Shown piece by piece: positions 15,636 through 26,643 of a stretch of 64,000 nucleotides of DNA. The stretch spans positions 8,787-72,786 of the forward strand of contig JAEUOJ010000201.1 in assembly GCA_016789495.1 (NCBI GenBank), written 5' to 3'. The notes under the pieces are model-generated. The model saw nothing but the letters and a program-made list of their open reading frames with translations, had not been told where the DNA came from and ran no database searches. Source of the DNA: Accumulibacter sp. (GTDB taxonomy: Bacteria > Pseudomonadota > Gammaproteobacteria > Burkholderiales > Rhodocyclaceae). A program made the position numbers and the translations under genes. Numbering within the stretch: position 1 is the first letter of the stretch; every line of letters starts with the position of its first letter.

Positions 15636-17732
15636 TCAGCCGGGACGACGATAGAAGGTCCCGCCTTCGGCGACCCGTTGGCGCAACAGCGGCGCCGGCG
15701 CCCAGAAATCCGTTCCCAGTCGTTCGGCATAGCTCTCGACGGTGGCCAGCACTTGTGGCAAGCCAACCTGGTCGGCGTAGAACAGCGGCCCGCCACGCCA
15801 TTTCGGAAAGCCATAGCCGTTGAGCCAGACCATGTCCACATCGACCGGCCGGGCGGCGACGCCCTCGTCAAGGATTTTCGCCGCTTCGTTGATCATCGAG
15901 TACACGCAGCGTTCGACGATTTCCTGCTCGCTGATTTGCCGCCGGGTGATGCCACGGGCTTGCGAATGGGCGACGATCAGCGCTTCGATCGCTGGATCGG
16001 GCAGCGGCGTGCGACTGCCCGCGTCGTAGCGATACCAGCCGGCAGCGGTTTTTTGTCCCAGCCGCCCGAGCTGGCAGACCTGATCGAGCAGATCGCAGTC
16101 GCGCACGCCGGGGCGGCGCAAATGGGCGCGGGCCTGGCGGTTGCGCCAGCCGATATCCAGCCCGGCCAGGTCGCTGACCGCGAACGGCCCCATCGGGAAG
16201 CCGAAATCGACCAGCGCCGCGTCGACCTGTTGTGGCAGCGCGCCTTCTTCGAGCAGGAACCAGGCCTCGCGCGTGCGTTGGGCGAGCATGCGGTTGCCGA
16301 CGAAACCGTCGCAGCCGCCGACCAGGACGGCGACCTTGCCAAGCTTACGGCCCAGCTTCATCACCGTCGCCAGCACCTCCGGCGCGGTTTTGGCAGTGCG
16401 AACGTTTTCGAGCAGCCGCATGACGTTGGCCGGGCTGAAAAAATGCATCCCGACCACATCCTGCGGGCGACGGGTGAATTCGGCGATTTGCGCGACATCG
16501 AGATACGAGGTATTGGTCGCTAGAATCGCGCCGGGTCTGGCGATCGCATCGAGTTGCTCGAACACTTGTCGTTTGACGCCGATGTCTTCGAAAACCGCTT
16601 CGACGATCAGGTCGACTTCGGCCAGATCGGACCAGACGAGGGTCGGCTGGATACGCTGTAGGCGGCGCTCCATTTCCTGCGCCGACAAACCGCCGCGCGC
16701 CGCGCTGGCCTGATAGTTTTTGCGGATGATCGACATGCCTCGGTCCAGCGCAGCGGCGTCCACCTCCTTGAGCAGCACGTCGAAACCGGCGTTGGCGAAG
16801 CACATGGCGATGCCGCCACCCATGGTGCCGGCCCCGAGCACCGCCACGCGTCTGATTTCGCGAGTCGGCAAATCGTCTGGCAATCCGGGCACCCTGGCCA
16901 CTTCACGCTCGCCAAGGAAGGCGTTGCGCAAGGCCGCCGCCTGGGCGGAGGAGCGACGTTCGAGAAACAGTTGACGCTCGCGCTGTACGCTTTTCGCAAA
17001 AGGTTGCGTCACGGCCGCCTCAATCGCCTCGATCGCCGCCAAAGGGGCCAGTAAATGCCGCTGCTTGACGGCGGCCTGCCGACGGGCGGCGTCGAAAATC
17101 GCCGGTTCGACCGTTGCCAAGGGTTGTTCGGCGGTACGTCGCGGGGCACCGCCTTGCGCGACCAGCCGGCTTGCGGCGGCGAGCGCCGCGCCGGTCAGGT
17201 CGCCGGTGGCGATCTCGTCGATCGCGCCGAGCGTCAAGGCCTCGCCGGCGCTCACCGGCTCGCCGCCAACGATCATCCGCAAGGCGGCTTCGACGCCGAC
17301 CAGTCGCGGCAGGCGCTGGGTGCCGCCGGCTCCGGGAATGACGCCCAGCTTGACTTCCGGCAAGCCGACCTTGCTGTCGGCGGTGGCGATCCGGTAATGG
17401 CTGGCGAGGGCGATTTCGAAACCGCCGCCCAGCGCGGTACCGTGCAGCGCGGCGACCACCGGTTTGCCGGCCGACTCGATCGCTTGCGTCAATTCCGGCA
17501 GATGCGGTTCTTCCGGCGGACGATCGAACTCGCCGACATCGGCTCCGGCGATGAAGGTCCGGCCCGCGCAAAGGATGACCATCGCCTGCGTCTGAGGGTC
17601 GGCGCCTGCGCGCCTGACCGCGGCGAGCAGCGCCGCCCGCAACGGTTGAGACAAGGCATTGACCGGCGGATTATCGACGGTCAGTAAAGCGATGTGCCCA
17701 TCGCAACGATAGTTGACCAACTCTGAGGACAT
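15636..17732 (-). CDS. Bifunctional enoyl-CoA hydratase / 3-hydroxyacyl-CoA dehydrogenase
   Basis: Crotonase (NPPVNAL, ALGGGFEIAL, GLPEVKLG) plus VAVLGAGTMGGGIA, GMHFFSPAN, GFVGNR. Start MSSELV follows GGAG. Confidence 0.93.
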   Translation of the reverse strand: MSSELVNYRCDGHIALLTVDNPPVNALSQPLRAALLAAVRRAGADPQTQAMVILCAGRTFIAGADVGEFDRPPEEPHLPELTQAIESAGKPVVAALHGTALGGGFEIALASHYRIATADSKVGLPEVKLGVIPGAGGTQRLPRLVGVEAALRMIVGGEPVSAGEALTLGAIDEIATGDLTGAALAAASRLVAQGGAPRRTAEQPLATVEPAIFDAARRQAAVKQRHLLAPLAAIEAIEAAVTQPFAKSVQRERQLFLERRSSAQAAALRNAFLGEREVARVPGLPDDLPTREIRRVAVLGAGTMGGGIAMCFANAGFDVLLKEVDAAALDRGMSIIRKNYQASAARGGLSAQEMERRLQRIQPTLVWSDLAEVDLIVEAVFEDIGVKRQVFEQLDAIARPGAILATNTSYLDVAQIAEFTRRPQDVVGMHFFSPANVMRLLENVRTAKTAPEVLATVMKLGRKLGKVAVLVGGCDGFVGNRMLAQRTREAWFLLEEGALPQQVDAALVDFGFPMGPFAVSDLAGLDIGWRNRQARAHLRRPGVRDCDLLDQVCQLGRLGQKTAAGWYRYDAGSRTPLPDPAIEALIVAHSQARGITRRQISEQEIVERCVYSMINEAAKILDEGVAARPVDVDMVWLNGYGFPKWRGGPLFYADQVGLPQVLATVESYAERLGTDFWAPAPLLRQRVAEGGTFYRRPG

Positions 17733-18012
17733 GATGGGTACTCCGCCGGGGACGACCGCCCCGTCTGATGTCATGTTTCAATCCACGCCCAAGACCGGGC
17801 GAAACAGCTTGGCGAGGTGACGCCTTTACCAAGCCCGCTTATTCATTTTGATGGGAAGGTTTTCAACCAGGGTCAGTTTTGGTGAATCGATCTCTTACGA
17901 CGGAGGGCGCCCGGTCCCCCGGACGTCCGTCATAGGCTCCGGCTCATCGTCCCTGCCATCGGGCAGCGCGCATCCTGACGTCCCGTTTCGATGGAACGCC
18001 AGGATTTAAGCG

Positions 18013-18042
18013 CCCTGGCCGGCCTGAACACTCCGGCCAGGG
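18013..18042 (-). terminator. Hairpin after the thiolase gene
   Basis: CCCTGGCCGG-N10-CCGGCCAGGG perfect 10-bp arms; no strong U tract. Confidence 0.45.
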
Positions 18043-18063
18043 TCGCGCGCGGCCGGCGAACGA

Positions 18064-19260
18064 TCAGAGCGCTTCGAAAATGCCGGCAGCACCCATGCCA
18101 TGACCGATACACATGGTAACCATGCCGTACTTCATTTTTTCGCGACGCAGACCGTGGATCAGCGTGGCGGCACGTATCGCACCGGTGGCTCCCAGCGGGT
18201 GGCCCAGGGCAATCGCCCCTCCAAGCGGATTCACCACCGCTGGATCGAGTTCGCAACTGCGGATCACCGCCAACGACTGCGCGGCAAACGCTTCGTTCAA
18301 TTCGATCCACTGCAGATCGGACTTCTGCAGACCCGCCTTCCTCAACGCATCGGGAATCGCTTCGATCGGACCGATGCCCATCACTTCCGGCTTGACACCG
18401 CGCACCGAATAGCTGACGAAACGAGCCAGCGGCTGCAGGTTGAACTGCTTGAGGATTTTTTCCGAGACCAGCAGCAACGCGCCGGCACCATCGGACATTT
18501 GCGAGCTGTTGCCGGCGGTCACCGTTCCCTTGGCGGCAAAGACCGGTCGCATCTGGGCCAGTTTTTCCAGTGTGGCGTCGGCACGCGGACCTTCGTCATC
18601 GACCACCACCCGTTCGACGACCTTGACCTGACCGGTGGCCGGGTCGGGAACCCGGGTCTGCACGGTAAAGGGGGTCGTCTCGTCCTTGAACTTGCCGTTG
18701 CGGATCGCGGCGATCGCCTTCTGGTTGGACGCGGCGGCGAAAGCGTCCTGGTCCTCGCGCGAAACCTGCCATTGTTCGGCGACCTTTTCGGCGGTGATGC
18801 CCATGCCGAAGGCGATGCCGAGATTGGCGTCGTTCTCGAAAATGTGCGGATTGAGGACGATCTTGTTGCCGAGCATGGTCACCAGACTCATTGTTTCCGT
18901 TCCGCAGCCGATCATCACGTCGGCGTCGCCAACGCGGATGCGGTCAGCGGCCATCGCCACCGCCTGCAGCCCCGACGAGCAGAAACGGTTGACCTGCACA
19001 CCAGGAACGCTAGGCGGCAAGCCGGCAATCATCGCCGCCATCCGCGTAACGTTCAGCCCCTGCTCGGCTTCCGGCAAGGCACAACCGCCGACGATATCGT
19101 CGATCAGCGCCGGATCCAGCGCTGGCGTCTGGTTGAGGATCGTCTTGATCGCATGCACCAGCATGTCGTCCGGACGGGTGGTCTTGTAGTAGCCGTTGCG
19201 TTTGCCGATCGGCAGTCGGGCCGCCGCAACGATGTAGGCGTCTTGAACTTGTTTGCTCAT
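18064..19260 (-). CDS. fadA: Acetyl-CoA C-acyltransferase (3-ketoacyl-CoA thiolase)
   Basis: VNRFCSSGLQ, ELNEAFA, GGAIALGHPLGATG, MCIGHGMG. Confidence 0.93.
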   Translation of the reverse strand: MSKQVQDAYIVAAARLPIGKRNGYYKTTRPDDMLVHAIKTILNQTPALDPALIDDIVGGCALPEAEQGLNVTRMAAMIAGLPPSVPGVQVNRFCSSGLQAVAMAADRIRVGDADVMIGCGTETMSLVTMLGNKIVLNPHIFENDANLGIAFGMGITAEKVAEQWQVSREDQDAFAAASNQKAIAAIRNGKFKDETTPFTVQTRVPDPATGQVKVVERVVVDDEGPRADATLEKLAQMRPVFAAKGTVTAGNSSQMSDGAGALLLVSEKILKQFNLQPLARFVSYSVRGVKPEVMGIGPIEAIPDALRKAGLQKSDLQWIELNEAFAAQSLAVIRSCELDPAVVNPLGGAIALGHPLGATGAIRAATLIHGLRREKMKYGMVTMCIGHGMGAAGIFEAL

Positions 19261-19298
19261 TCTCAAACTCTCCAGATATCAACGTTGAACGCGGCTGC

Positions 19299-21683
19299 TC
19301 AGTTACGCAGGGGCTTGCCGTTTTCGAGCATATAGACCATCCGCTGCTGAGTTTTCTCATTCTTCAGCAACTCGACGAATTGCCGGCGCTCGATATCGAG
19401 CAGCCACTGTTCGTCGACCAGCGTGCCGGGTTCGACGTCGCCGCCGCACAGCACCAGCGCCGAGGCTTCGGAAACAACGTAGTCGTGAGCGCTCATGAAG
19501 CCGCCCTCGCGCAGATTGACCAGATCCATGTGCAGAGTGGCATTGCCGGGACGGCCGATGACCTTGATCGCGCGCGCCGGCAGCGGTGGCCGGTAAGCCC
19601 CTTCGAACATCGCCCGCGCTTGACGGATGGCGACGTAGAGCAATTCGCGGGCGTTGAACAGCACGGTGTCGCCGTCACAGGCAAAACCCATGCTTTTGGC
19701 ATCAACAGCGTTTTTCGAGACCATGCCGCGAATGATCGAACCGAATGATTTATGGATTTCTTCCCAGGGATCCTGCCGTTCGCGGCGCATCGCCGCTTCC
19801 GACGCCCGCCGTGCCATTTCCTTGCAGCCACCGCCGGCGGGAATCAGGCCGACGCCGGCTTCGACCAGACCGATATAGCTTTCCAGCGCCATCACCCGAT
19901 GTGCGCAGTGCATCGCCACTTCGGCGCCGCCGCCAAACGCCATGCCTTCAACCGCCGCCACAGTCGGCACCTGAGCAAAACGCAGGGCCTTGGTGGCCCC
20001 CTGGAAGTGGGCGACGACCCGGTCGAGTTCATCCCATTGCTGCGCCTTGACCAGTTGCATCACTTCGGCCAGGTTGGCGCCAACGGCGAAGGGCGCATCG
20101 TGCGAGATCACCAGGCCGTCGAAATCGGCTTCGGCCATCGCCACCGCCTGATAGATGCCTTCGACGACCTCCTTGCCCAGCGAGTGCATCTTGCTCTTGA
20201 ACGACAGGATGGCGATGCGCGCGTCTACCGCCGGCATCCGCCAAATACGCACGCCGTCGTTTTCGAGTAGCGTTTCGCCGCGCTCGTGCGTTTCGCCGAG
20301 AATCAGATCGGGGAACAGTTGCCGACGATAGACCGGCAGGCTGGAACGCGGCTTGACGGCGTTGTCGGCGGCGGAATATGAGCCATCGGGCTGATGGACG
20401 CCGTCGCGAGCGGCAACCCACGCCGGCAGCGGCACCTGGGCCATCGTCTTGCCAGCAGCGATGTCGGCCTGGATGGCGTCGGCAATCGCTTTCCAGCCGG
20501 CGGACTGCCAGATTTCAAAGGGTCCTTGCGCCCAGCCGTATCCCCAGCGCATCGCGAAATCCACGTCCCGAGCGTTATCGGCAATTTCGGCCAGATGATA
20601 GGCGCTGTAATGGAAGACGTCACGGAACATCGCCCACAGGAATTGGGCTTGCGGATGACTGCTGGCGCGCAGCGCGGCAAAGCGTTCGGCGGCGTTGCGG
20701 TTCTTCAGAATCTGCTCTACTTCCGGCGCGACGCCAAGCGTCGACGGCCGATAGTCCATCGACGCACTATCGAGGACCATGATGTCGCGACCGGCCTTGC
20801 GGAAGATACCGCCACCCGACTTCTGCCCCAAGGCGCCTTTGCCGATCAGACCGCTCAGCCAGGTCGGCGACTTGAAGTAGTCGCGCCAAGGATCACTGGC
20901 CAGGGTGTCGAATTGCGAATCGGTGACGTGAGCAATGGTATCGAGGCCGATGACGTCGGCGGTGCGATAGGTGGCACTCTTCGGACGACCGATGCGCGGC
21001 CCGGTCAGGGCGTCAACTTCGTCGAAACCGAGTTTGAATTGCTCGGTGTGATACATCACCGCCAGGATCGAGAACAAGCCGATACGGTTGGCGACAAAGC
21101 TCGGCGTATCCTTGCCGCGAACGACGCCTTTGCCCATCCGCGTCACCAGCCAGGCTTCCAGGGCGTCAAGCATTGCCGGGTCGGTAACCTGGGCGGGAAT
21201 CAGTTCAACCAATTGCATGTAGCGCGGTGGGTTGAAGAAATGCACACCGCAGAAGCGTGACCGGCGCTCGGCGGGGAAACTTCCGGCGAGTTGATTGATC
21301 GAGATCCCCGAGGTGTTCGAGGCGACGATCGTCCGCTCACCGAGATAAGGGGTGATCTTGCCGTACAGGTCGACTTTCCATTCGATTTTCTCGGAAATGG
21401 CCTCAATCACCAGATCGCAGTCCCGCAATTTGTCGAGGTGCTGGTCGTAGTTGCCAATGTCGATATGGGCCAGACGGTCCCGGGTGACCAACGGCGCGGG
21501 TTGCAGTTTCTTCAAGCCTTCGATCGCTTTTTTGACGATGGCGTTCGGATCGCCTTCCTTGGCGGCGAGATCGAACAGCACCACCGGCACGTCGGCATTG
21601 GCCAGGTGCGCCGCGATTTGCGCACCCATCACGCCCGACCCCAGGACCGCCGCTTTGCGGACAACAAGACTCTGAGAACTCAT
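19299..21683 (-). CDS. 3-hydroxyacyl-CoA dehydrogenase / enoyl-CoA hydratase (FadB/FadN type, dehydrogenase domain first)
   Basis: AAVLGSGVMGAQIA, ASNTSGISI, GVHFFNPPRYM, C-terminal crotonase (FAVGANL, GLVEAGVGLIPAGGG), ends GKPLRN. Confidence 0.93.
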   Translation of the reverse strand: MSSQSLVVRKAAVLGSGVMGAQIAAHLANADVPVVLFDLAAKEGDPNAIVKKAIEGLKKLQPAPLVTRDRLAHIDIGNYDQHLDKLRDCDLVIEAISEKIEWKVDLYGKITPYLGERTIVASNTSGISINQLAGSFPAERRSRFCGVHFFNPPRYMQLVELIPAQVTDPAMLDALEAWLVTRMGKGVVRGKDTPSFVANRIGLFSILAVMYHTEQFKLGFDEVDALTGPRIGRPKSATYRTADVIGLDTIAHVTDSQFDTLASDPWRDYFKSPTWLSGLIGKGALGQKSGGGIFRKAGRDIMVLDSASMDYRPSTLGVAPEVEQILKNRNAAERFAALRASSHPQAQFLWAMFRDVFHYSAYHLAEIADNARDVDFAMRWGYGWAQGPFEIWQSAGWKAIADAIQADIAAGKTMAQVPLPAWVAARDGVHQPDGSYSAADNAVKPRSSLPVYRRQLFPDLILGETHERGETLLENDGVRIWRMPAVDARIAILSFKSKMHSLGKEVVEGIYQAVAMAEADFDGLVISHDAPFAVGANLAEVMQLVKAQQWDELDRVVAHFQGATKALRFAQVPTVAAVEGMAFGGGAEVAMHCAHRVMALESYIGLVEAGVGLIPAGGGCKEMARRASEAAMRRERQDPWEEIHKSFGSIIRGMVSKNAVDAKSMGFACDGDTVLFNARELLYVAIRQARAMFEGAYRPPLPARAIKVIGRPGNATLHMDLVNLREGGFMSAHDYVVSEASALVLCGGDVEPGTLVDEQWLLDIERRQFVELLKNEKTQQRMVYMLENGKPLRN

Positions 21684-21792
21684 GCTTCTCCTCCAAAAAT
21701 ACGGCGTCTCCCGCCGCTCAGAATTAACCAGGCGTCCGGCCGATGGTCTTCAGCCGGAGCAACCAGGAGCTAGTTTAATCAACAAGGCACCT

Positions 21793-22641
21793 TCATTGGG
21801 CCTGCGGTACCGGCTGCAGTCCGGTAGTGACGCCGGCCGATCTGCGTTTGCCCTCGAGGAAATCGCGCACCACCGGCACCGCGATCTCGGCTTGCGTCAC
21901 CAGGAACAGGTGCCCGCAATCGAGCTCGACCAGTTCGGCATTGGGAACCAACATCTTCATGATTCGCCCGTTGATCGCCGGCACCAACGGGTCGTCGCTG
22001 CCAACCATGATCAGTGTCGGTTGCCTGAGAGTAAACAACCAATGGACGCTGGTCCATCCCCAGATGGCAAACAGTTGCCCCAAATAGCCCAAGGTACGTG
22101 GCGGTACGATATCGCTCATGTGCTGCCGCGCGTACTCGGGGTTGTTTCGAAAGACGCCGCCATAGATGCTGTCGGCGTGCTTGACCACTGATTCGGCATC
22201 GTCGAATCGAGCGGACGACATCAGCTTCCACAACGCGCGCGGATCGCCAGGAACCGAAAACAAACCGGTGGACGTGGCCGCCAGGATCAGCCGGCGGCAA
22301 CGGCCGGGAAATGAATGTGCGAATTGCTGCGCCAGTGCCCCCCCCCACGACACGCCGAGCACATCGACTTGCGCATAGCCCAGTTCAGTAAGCATGGCGG
22401 CGATCAGTTTGGCGTAACCGCGCATGCGCATCGGCATCACCGGCGTCGTCGAGGCGCCGGTGCCGGGGGCATCGAAGGCGATCACGTCGGTATGTGGCAG
22501 TTTCTCGGCGAAAGGCCGCAGCACTTCGACGCTACCGCCAATGCCGTTGATCAACAGCAACGGCGTCCTGCCCGGCTGATCGCCCGGCCAGATCGCGACG
22601 CGAAGCCGCTGCCTTCCCACATCGACCATCTTGATTTTCAT
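21793..22641 (-). CDS. phaZ: Intracellular PHA depolymerase, Pseudomonas PhaZ type
   Basis: PLLLINGIGGS, VIAFDAPGTG, lipase box GVSWGG, WGWTSVHWL, DDPLVP, GHLFLVT; directly follows phaC. Confidence 0.88.
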   Translation of the reverse strand: MKIKMVDVGRQRLRVAIWPGDQPGRTPLLLINGIGGSVEVLRPFAEKLPHTDVIAFDAPGTGASTTPVMPMRMRGYAKLIAAMLTELGYAQVDVLGVSWGGALAQQFAHSFPGRCRRLILAATSTGLFSVPGDPRALWKLMSSARFDDAESVVKHADSIYGGVFRNNPEYARQHMSDIVPPRTLGYLGQLFAIWGWTSVHWLFTLRQPTLIMVGSDDPLVPAINGRIMKMLVPNAELVELDCGHLFLVTQAEIAVPVVRDFLEGKRRSAGVTTGLQPVPQAQ

Positions 22642-22762
22642 TTTGAACCTCTTCCGCTATCGGCTACCTGCTGGATGAATTGGCCTTGGCACGTCCTGAC
22701 CGGCAGACCCAGGAGGCACCGGCCGGCGACAGCCGTCGCCGGCGTGTTGCGGGTGATGTTGC

Positions 22763-24445
22763 TCAAGGCTCCAGGACGTAGGTACCAGGAGCGGCTTCCA
22801 TCGGCTTGTACTGCTCGTTGCCCAACGCGGTCGGTGCATCACGCTTGTCGCCGGCCCGCTCACTCAGCCAGACGATCCAACGTTCCCACCAACTGCCGTG
22901 ATTGGCGGTGGCCCCGGCCAGCCACTCGTCCGGACTGGCCAACCGCGCCGGATTGGTGAAGTAGAGCGACTTTTTGTTGCCCGGCGGATTGATCATCGCC
23001 TGGATGTGGCCACTGTTGCTCAACACGAACTCGCACTTGCCACCGAAGAACAACGACGACTCGTAACAGCTCTTCCATGGCGTAATGTGATCGGTGTCAC
23101 CGGCCATGACGAACAGATCACAGTCGACTTTTTTCAGGTCGATCGGGATGCCCCCTGACTCGAATTCACCGGGGTGCGCCAGGAATTTGTTGGCGACGAT
23201 ATCCATCAGTTCGGTGTGGAAGCGCGAGGTCAGCCGGGTGTTGTCGCAGTTCCAGTAGAGGATGTCGAATGCTGGCGGCTTGTTGCCCATCAGATAGTTG
23301 TTGACCCAGTAGCTCCACACTAGATCGTTCGGTCGCAACCAGGCGAACATCCGCGCCATTTCCTTGCCGTCGAGCACCCCTTTCTTGGCGGTATGCTTGC
23401 GCGCTTTCTTGAGCAGACCTTCGGTGGCCATCATCCCCATCACCGAGTCCTGCGGCATGTACAGGATGGTCACGTTGAGGGTGAAGGAATTGACCAGTCG
23501 CTCCTGGCGCGCCGCCATCTGCGCGAGCATCACCGAACCGATGATCCCGCCGGCGCAGCCGCCCCACAAGTTGCAATCCTTGGCACCGCTGATCGACAGC
23601 GCCGCCAGGATCGCTTCGCGGGCGGCACTGGCATAGGTGTCGAAGCTCCAGTCGGCATGCTCGGGCTTCGGATTGCGCCAACTGATGATGAACACCTGCT
23701 GCCCCTTTTGCAGCAGATAGCGGACCATGCTCTTCTCGGGAGTCAGATCCATGATGTAATACTTATTGATCGGCGGCGGAATCATGAAGAACGGCCGCTG
23801 ATGGACCTGCGGCGACAGCGGCTTGTACTGGATCAGTTCGACGAGGTCGTTGCGGAAGACGACGACGCCTTCACTAGTCGCCAGATTTTCACCCACTTTG
23901 AATGCCGATTTGTCAACCATGCTCGGCATGCCGCCTTCGTTGACCAGGTCGTGGAGCATGTTTTTAGCGCCGACCTTGAAGCTCTCACCACCGGTTTCGA
24001 GCATCTTCTTGACAGCCGCCGGATGCATCATGGTGTTGGTCGGCGAGAAGGCATCGGTGAACAATGAAATGAAGAAGCGCGCCCGCTCACGGTCGGTTTC
24101 ATCGACCTTGAGATCGTCGACGACCGATTGCCAGTAGGCGGTATTCGCCAGGTAGGCCTGCATCATCCGCTTGTACATCGGGTTGGCATGCCAGGACGTA
24201 TCGGCGAAGCGCCGATCGGCCTTGTCGGGCGCCAAGGTCGAATTGCCCGCAAAAATTTTGAACATCTCGCCGGCCAAGGTCATCTGATGTTTGAAAACGC
24301 TCAGCGGATCGCGTAGCGGCGAGGCTACCACCGCCTTCAGCGTTTCCTTAAATCCGCGACTTTCGAAACCGAGAACCGGGGGAACCCAACCGATGTCCTC
24401 GGTGTTCGCCGCCATCGACTTGTCAGTTTTAGCAACCCTACTCAT
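22763..24445 (-). CDS. phaC: PHA synthase, class II-like
   Basis: DRRFAD..W, DAFSPTN, MPSMVDKSAFKVGENLA, PPPINKYYIMDL, WGGCAGG (catalytic Cys), FAWLRPNDLVW, DHITPW, LSNSGHIQ. Confidence 0.92.
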   Translation of the reverse strand: MSRVAKTDKSMAANTEDIGWVPPVLGFESRGFKETLKAVVASPLRDPLSVFKHQMTLAGEMFKIFAGNSTLAPDKADRRFADTSWHANPMYKRMMQAYLANTAYWQSVVDDLKVDETDRERARFFISLFTDAFSPTNTMMHPAAVKKMLETGGESFKVGAKNMLHDLVNEGGMPSMVDKSAFKVGENLATSEGVVVFRNDLVELIQYKPLSPQVHQRPFFMIPPPINKYYIMDLTPEKSMVRYLLQKGQQVFIISWRNPKPEHADWSFDTYASAAREAILAALSISGAKDCNLWGGCAGGIIGSVMLAQMAARQERLVNSFTLNVTILYMPQDSVMGMMATEGLLKKARKHTAKKGVLDGKEMARMFAWLRPNDLVWSYWVNNYLMGNKPPAFDILYWNCDNTRLTSRFHTELMDIVANKFLAHPGEFESGGIPIDLKKVDCDLFVMAGDTDHITPWKSCYESSLFFGGKCEFVLSNSGHIQAMINPPGNKKSLYFTNPARLASPDEWLAGATANHGSWWERWIVWLSERAGDKRDAPTALGNEQYKPMEAAPGTYVLEP

Positions 24446-24534
24446 GGCATTTTCCTTTCTTTGAATTGCCACCTACCACTTGGAGTCCGACCCGTCGGAA
24501 CATGCCTGAAAGGCAGAGCCGATCCGTGGCGGAG

Positions 24535-26160
24535 CTATTCGCCCTTGACGGGCAATTGATGATTCCGATAGTTTTTACGCAGCGTCAGTTTCGAGAGTTT
24601 CCCGGTCGCGGTCATTGGCAAACTGGCGACGAATTGCACGTCGTCCGGAATCCACCATTTGGCGACCTTGCCCTCGAACCAGGCCAACAGGTCGTGCTTG
24701 GCCACCGCCCGACCCTCCCGTAATACGACCACCAGCAACGGGCGCTCCCCCCATTTTTCACTGGCGACGGCGATCGCCGCCGCCATCGCCACGGCCGGGT
24801 GCGACATGGCGATATTTTCGAGCTCGATCGAACTGATCCATTCGCCACCGCTCTTGATCATGTCCTTGCTGCGGTCGGTGATCGTCAGGTAACCGTCACC
24901 GTCGATCGAGGCGATATCGCCCGTCGGAAACCAGCCGTCGCGCAAGGCGCTTTCATCGTCCTTGAAATAGCGTTCGATGGTCCACAGTCCGCGGACCTGC
25001 AGCTCGCCAACCGAATGGCCGTCGCAAGGCACCGGCTCGCCGTCCAGGTTGACCAGCCGCAGCTCGACGCCGAACAGCGGTCGTCCGTGGTTGGTCAGAA
25101 AACCCAGTCGCGCCTCGGTGGACAATGAGTCATGTTTGCGCTTGGCGGTGGTCAGCGTGCCGATCGGGCTGAGCTCGGTCATTCCCCAACCGGGCAAAGC
25201 GGTGACCCCGTAGTCATCCCACATCGTGCGGATGATCGAGAACGGGCACGCCGAGCCACCCACCAGGAAGCGTCGTAAGCTGCCGAGAGTAGATCGATGG
25301 GTCTGCAGATGATCGATCAGCCCTTGCCAGACGGTGGGAACGGCGCCGGCAAAAGTCACCCGTTCGCTCTCGAACAACCGGTAGAGGCTCTCGCCATCAG
25401 TATGCATGCCGGCGAAGACCAATTTGGCGCCAACCATCGGGCAGGTGTAGGGCAGGCCCCAACCGTTGGCGTGGAACATCGGCACGATCGGACAGACCAC
25501 CTCGCTGGCGGAAATCGCCAAGGCGTCCGGCAAGGCGGTCGACAGACTGTGCAGGAGTGTCGTGCGGTGTGAAAACAACGCGCCTTTGGGGTTGCCGGTG
25601 GTTCCCGAGGTGTAGCACAGCAAGGCGGCGGTATTCTCGTCTAACCGGGGCCAGTCCCGCACCCCCGCCTGTGGTGCGACCAGTGTTTCGTAGGGATCGG
25701 CGAACGGCGTTTCCGCAGGCCGCTCGTCGGCATCGACCAGCACCACCCAATGCTTGACCGTCGGACAGCGCGGACGAATTTCAGCCACCAGCGCCGCGAA
25801 CGAGGCATCGAAGAACAAGGCCACGTCCTCGGCGTGATTAATGATATAAATGATTTGTTCGCGGAAGAGTCGCGGATTGACGGTATGACAAACCGCGCCG
25901 AGACAGGGAATCGCGAAATACAGCTCCAAGTGCCGGTAGCTGTTCCAGGCCAGTGTCGCCACTCGCTCACCGGCGGCGATACCCAGCGACAGCAGCGCGC
26001 CGGCGACTTGCCGGGCACGCTGACCGAGATCGCGGTAGGTATAGCGATGCAAAACGCCATTCGGCAGCCGGCTGACAACTTCCTCGTCGGCGTGATACGT
26101 TTCCGCATGTTTCAACACGCTGGCGAGCAGCAACGGCTCCTGCATCATCTGTGCCAACAC
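24535..26160 (-). CDS. Medium/long-chain fatty-acid-CoA ligase (AlkK/DmdB-like)
   Basis: LCYTSGTTGNPKG, VPMFHANGWG, GWGMTE, DRSKDMIKSGGEWISS. Confidence 0.92.
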   Translation of the reverse strand: MLAQMMQEPLLLASVLKHAETYHADEEVVSRLPNGVLHRYTYRDLGQRARQVAGALLSLGIAAGERVATLAWNSYRHLELYFAIPCLGAVCHTVNPRLFREQIIYIINHAEDVALFFDASFAALVAEIRPRCPTVKHWVVLVDADERPAETPFADPYETLVAPQAGVRDWPRLDENTAALLCYTSGTTGNPKGALFSHRTTLLHSLSTALPDALAISASEVVCPIVPMFHANGWGLPYTCPMVGAKLVFAGMHTDGESLYRLFESERVTFAGAVPTVWQGLIDHLQTHRSTLGSLRRFLVGGSACPFSIIRTMWDDYGVTALPGWGMTELSPIGTLTTAKRKHDSLSTEARLGFLTNHGRPLFGVELRLVNLDGEPVPCDGHSVGELQVRGLWTIERYFKDDESALRDGWFPTGDIASIDGDGYLTITDRSKDMIKSGGEWISSIELENIAMSHPAVAMAAAIAVASEKWGERPLLVVVLREGRAVAKHDLLAWFEGKVAKWWIPDDVQFVASLPMTATGKLSKLTLRKNYRNHQLPVKGE

Positions 26161-26214
26161 CCAAGTCTCTCCTTTGGCGTCAGTCGTTCAACCGCGATCC
26201 GTCCTGCCGATCAA

Positions 26215-26631
26215 TCAGGACAGGCTGACAACGGCATCGCCGGCGATCTTCACTTCGCCGTTCTGATTGCTGGTCTGGATTTCGAGTTTGGCGCGCTGTT
26301 CTCCGCCCTCCTCGAAAAGTTCGACCACTCGTCCGCTGCAAGTCATCCGGTCGCCGAGATGGGTAATGCCAAGAAAGCGGACCGACCAGTTACGCAACTG
26401 CGACTGCGGACGCCAGCCGGTGAGAAAGCGGCCCAGCCAGGCCATGCTCAACATGCCGTGTGCAAAAACGTCCGGCATCCCGGCCTTGCGAGCGAAGTCG
26501 ATGTCGATATGAATCGGGTTATGGTCGCCGGAAGCGCCGGCGAACAGGGCCAGCGTCGTCCGCGTCACTGGCGGCAGCGTCAACTCGGGAAGAGTGTCAC
26601 CCACGGCGATGTTTACATTTTGTTCAGCCAT
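26215..26631 (-). CDS. MaoC-family (R)-specific enoyl-CoA hydratase, catalytic subunit
   Basis: Hydratase-2 motif FAGASGDHNPIHID...AHGML. Confidence 0.9.
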   Translation of the reverse strand: MAEQNVNIAVGDTLPELTLPPVTRTTLALFAGASGDHNPIHIDIDFARKAGMPDVFAHGMLSMAWLGRFLTGWRPQSQLRNWSVRFLGITHLGDRMTCSGRVVELFEEGGEQRAKLEIQTSNQNGEVKIAGDAVVSLS

Positions 26632-26643
26632 CACGATTTCTCC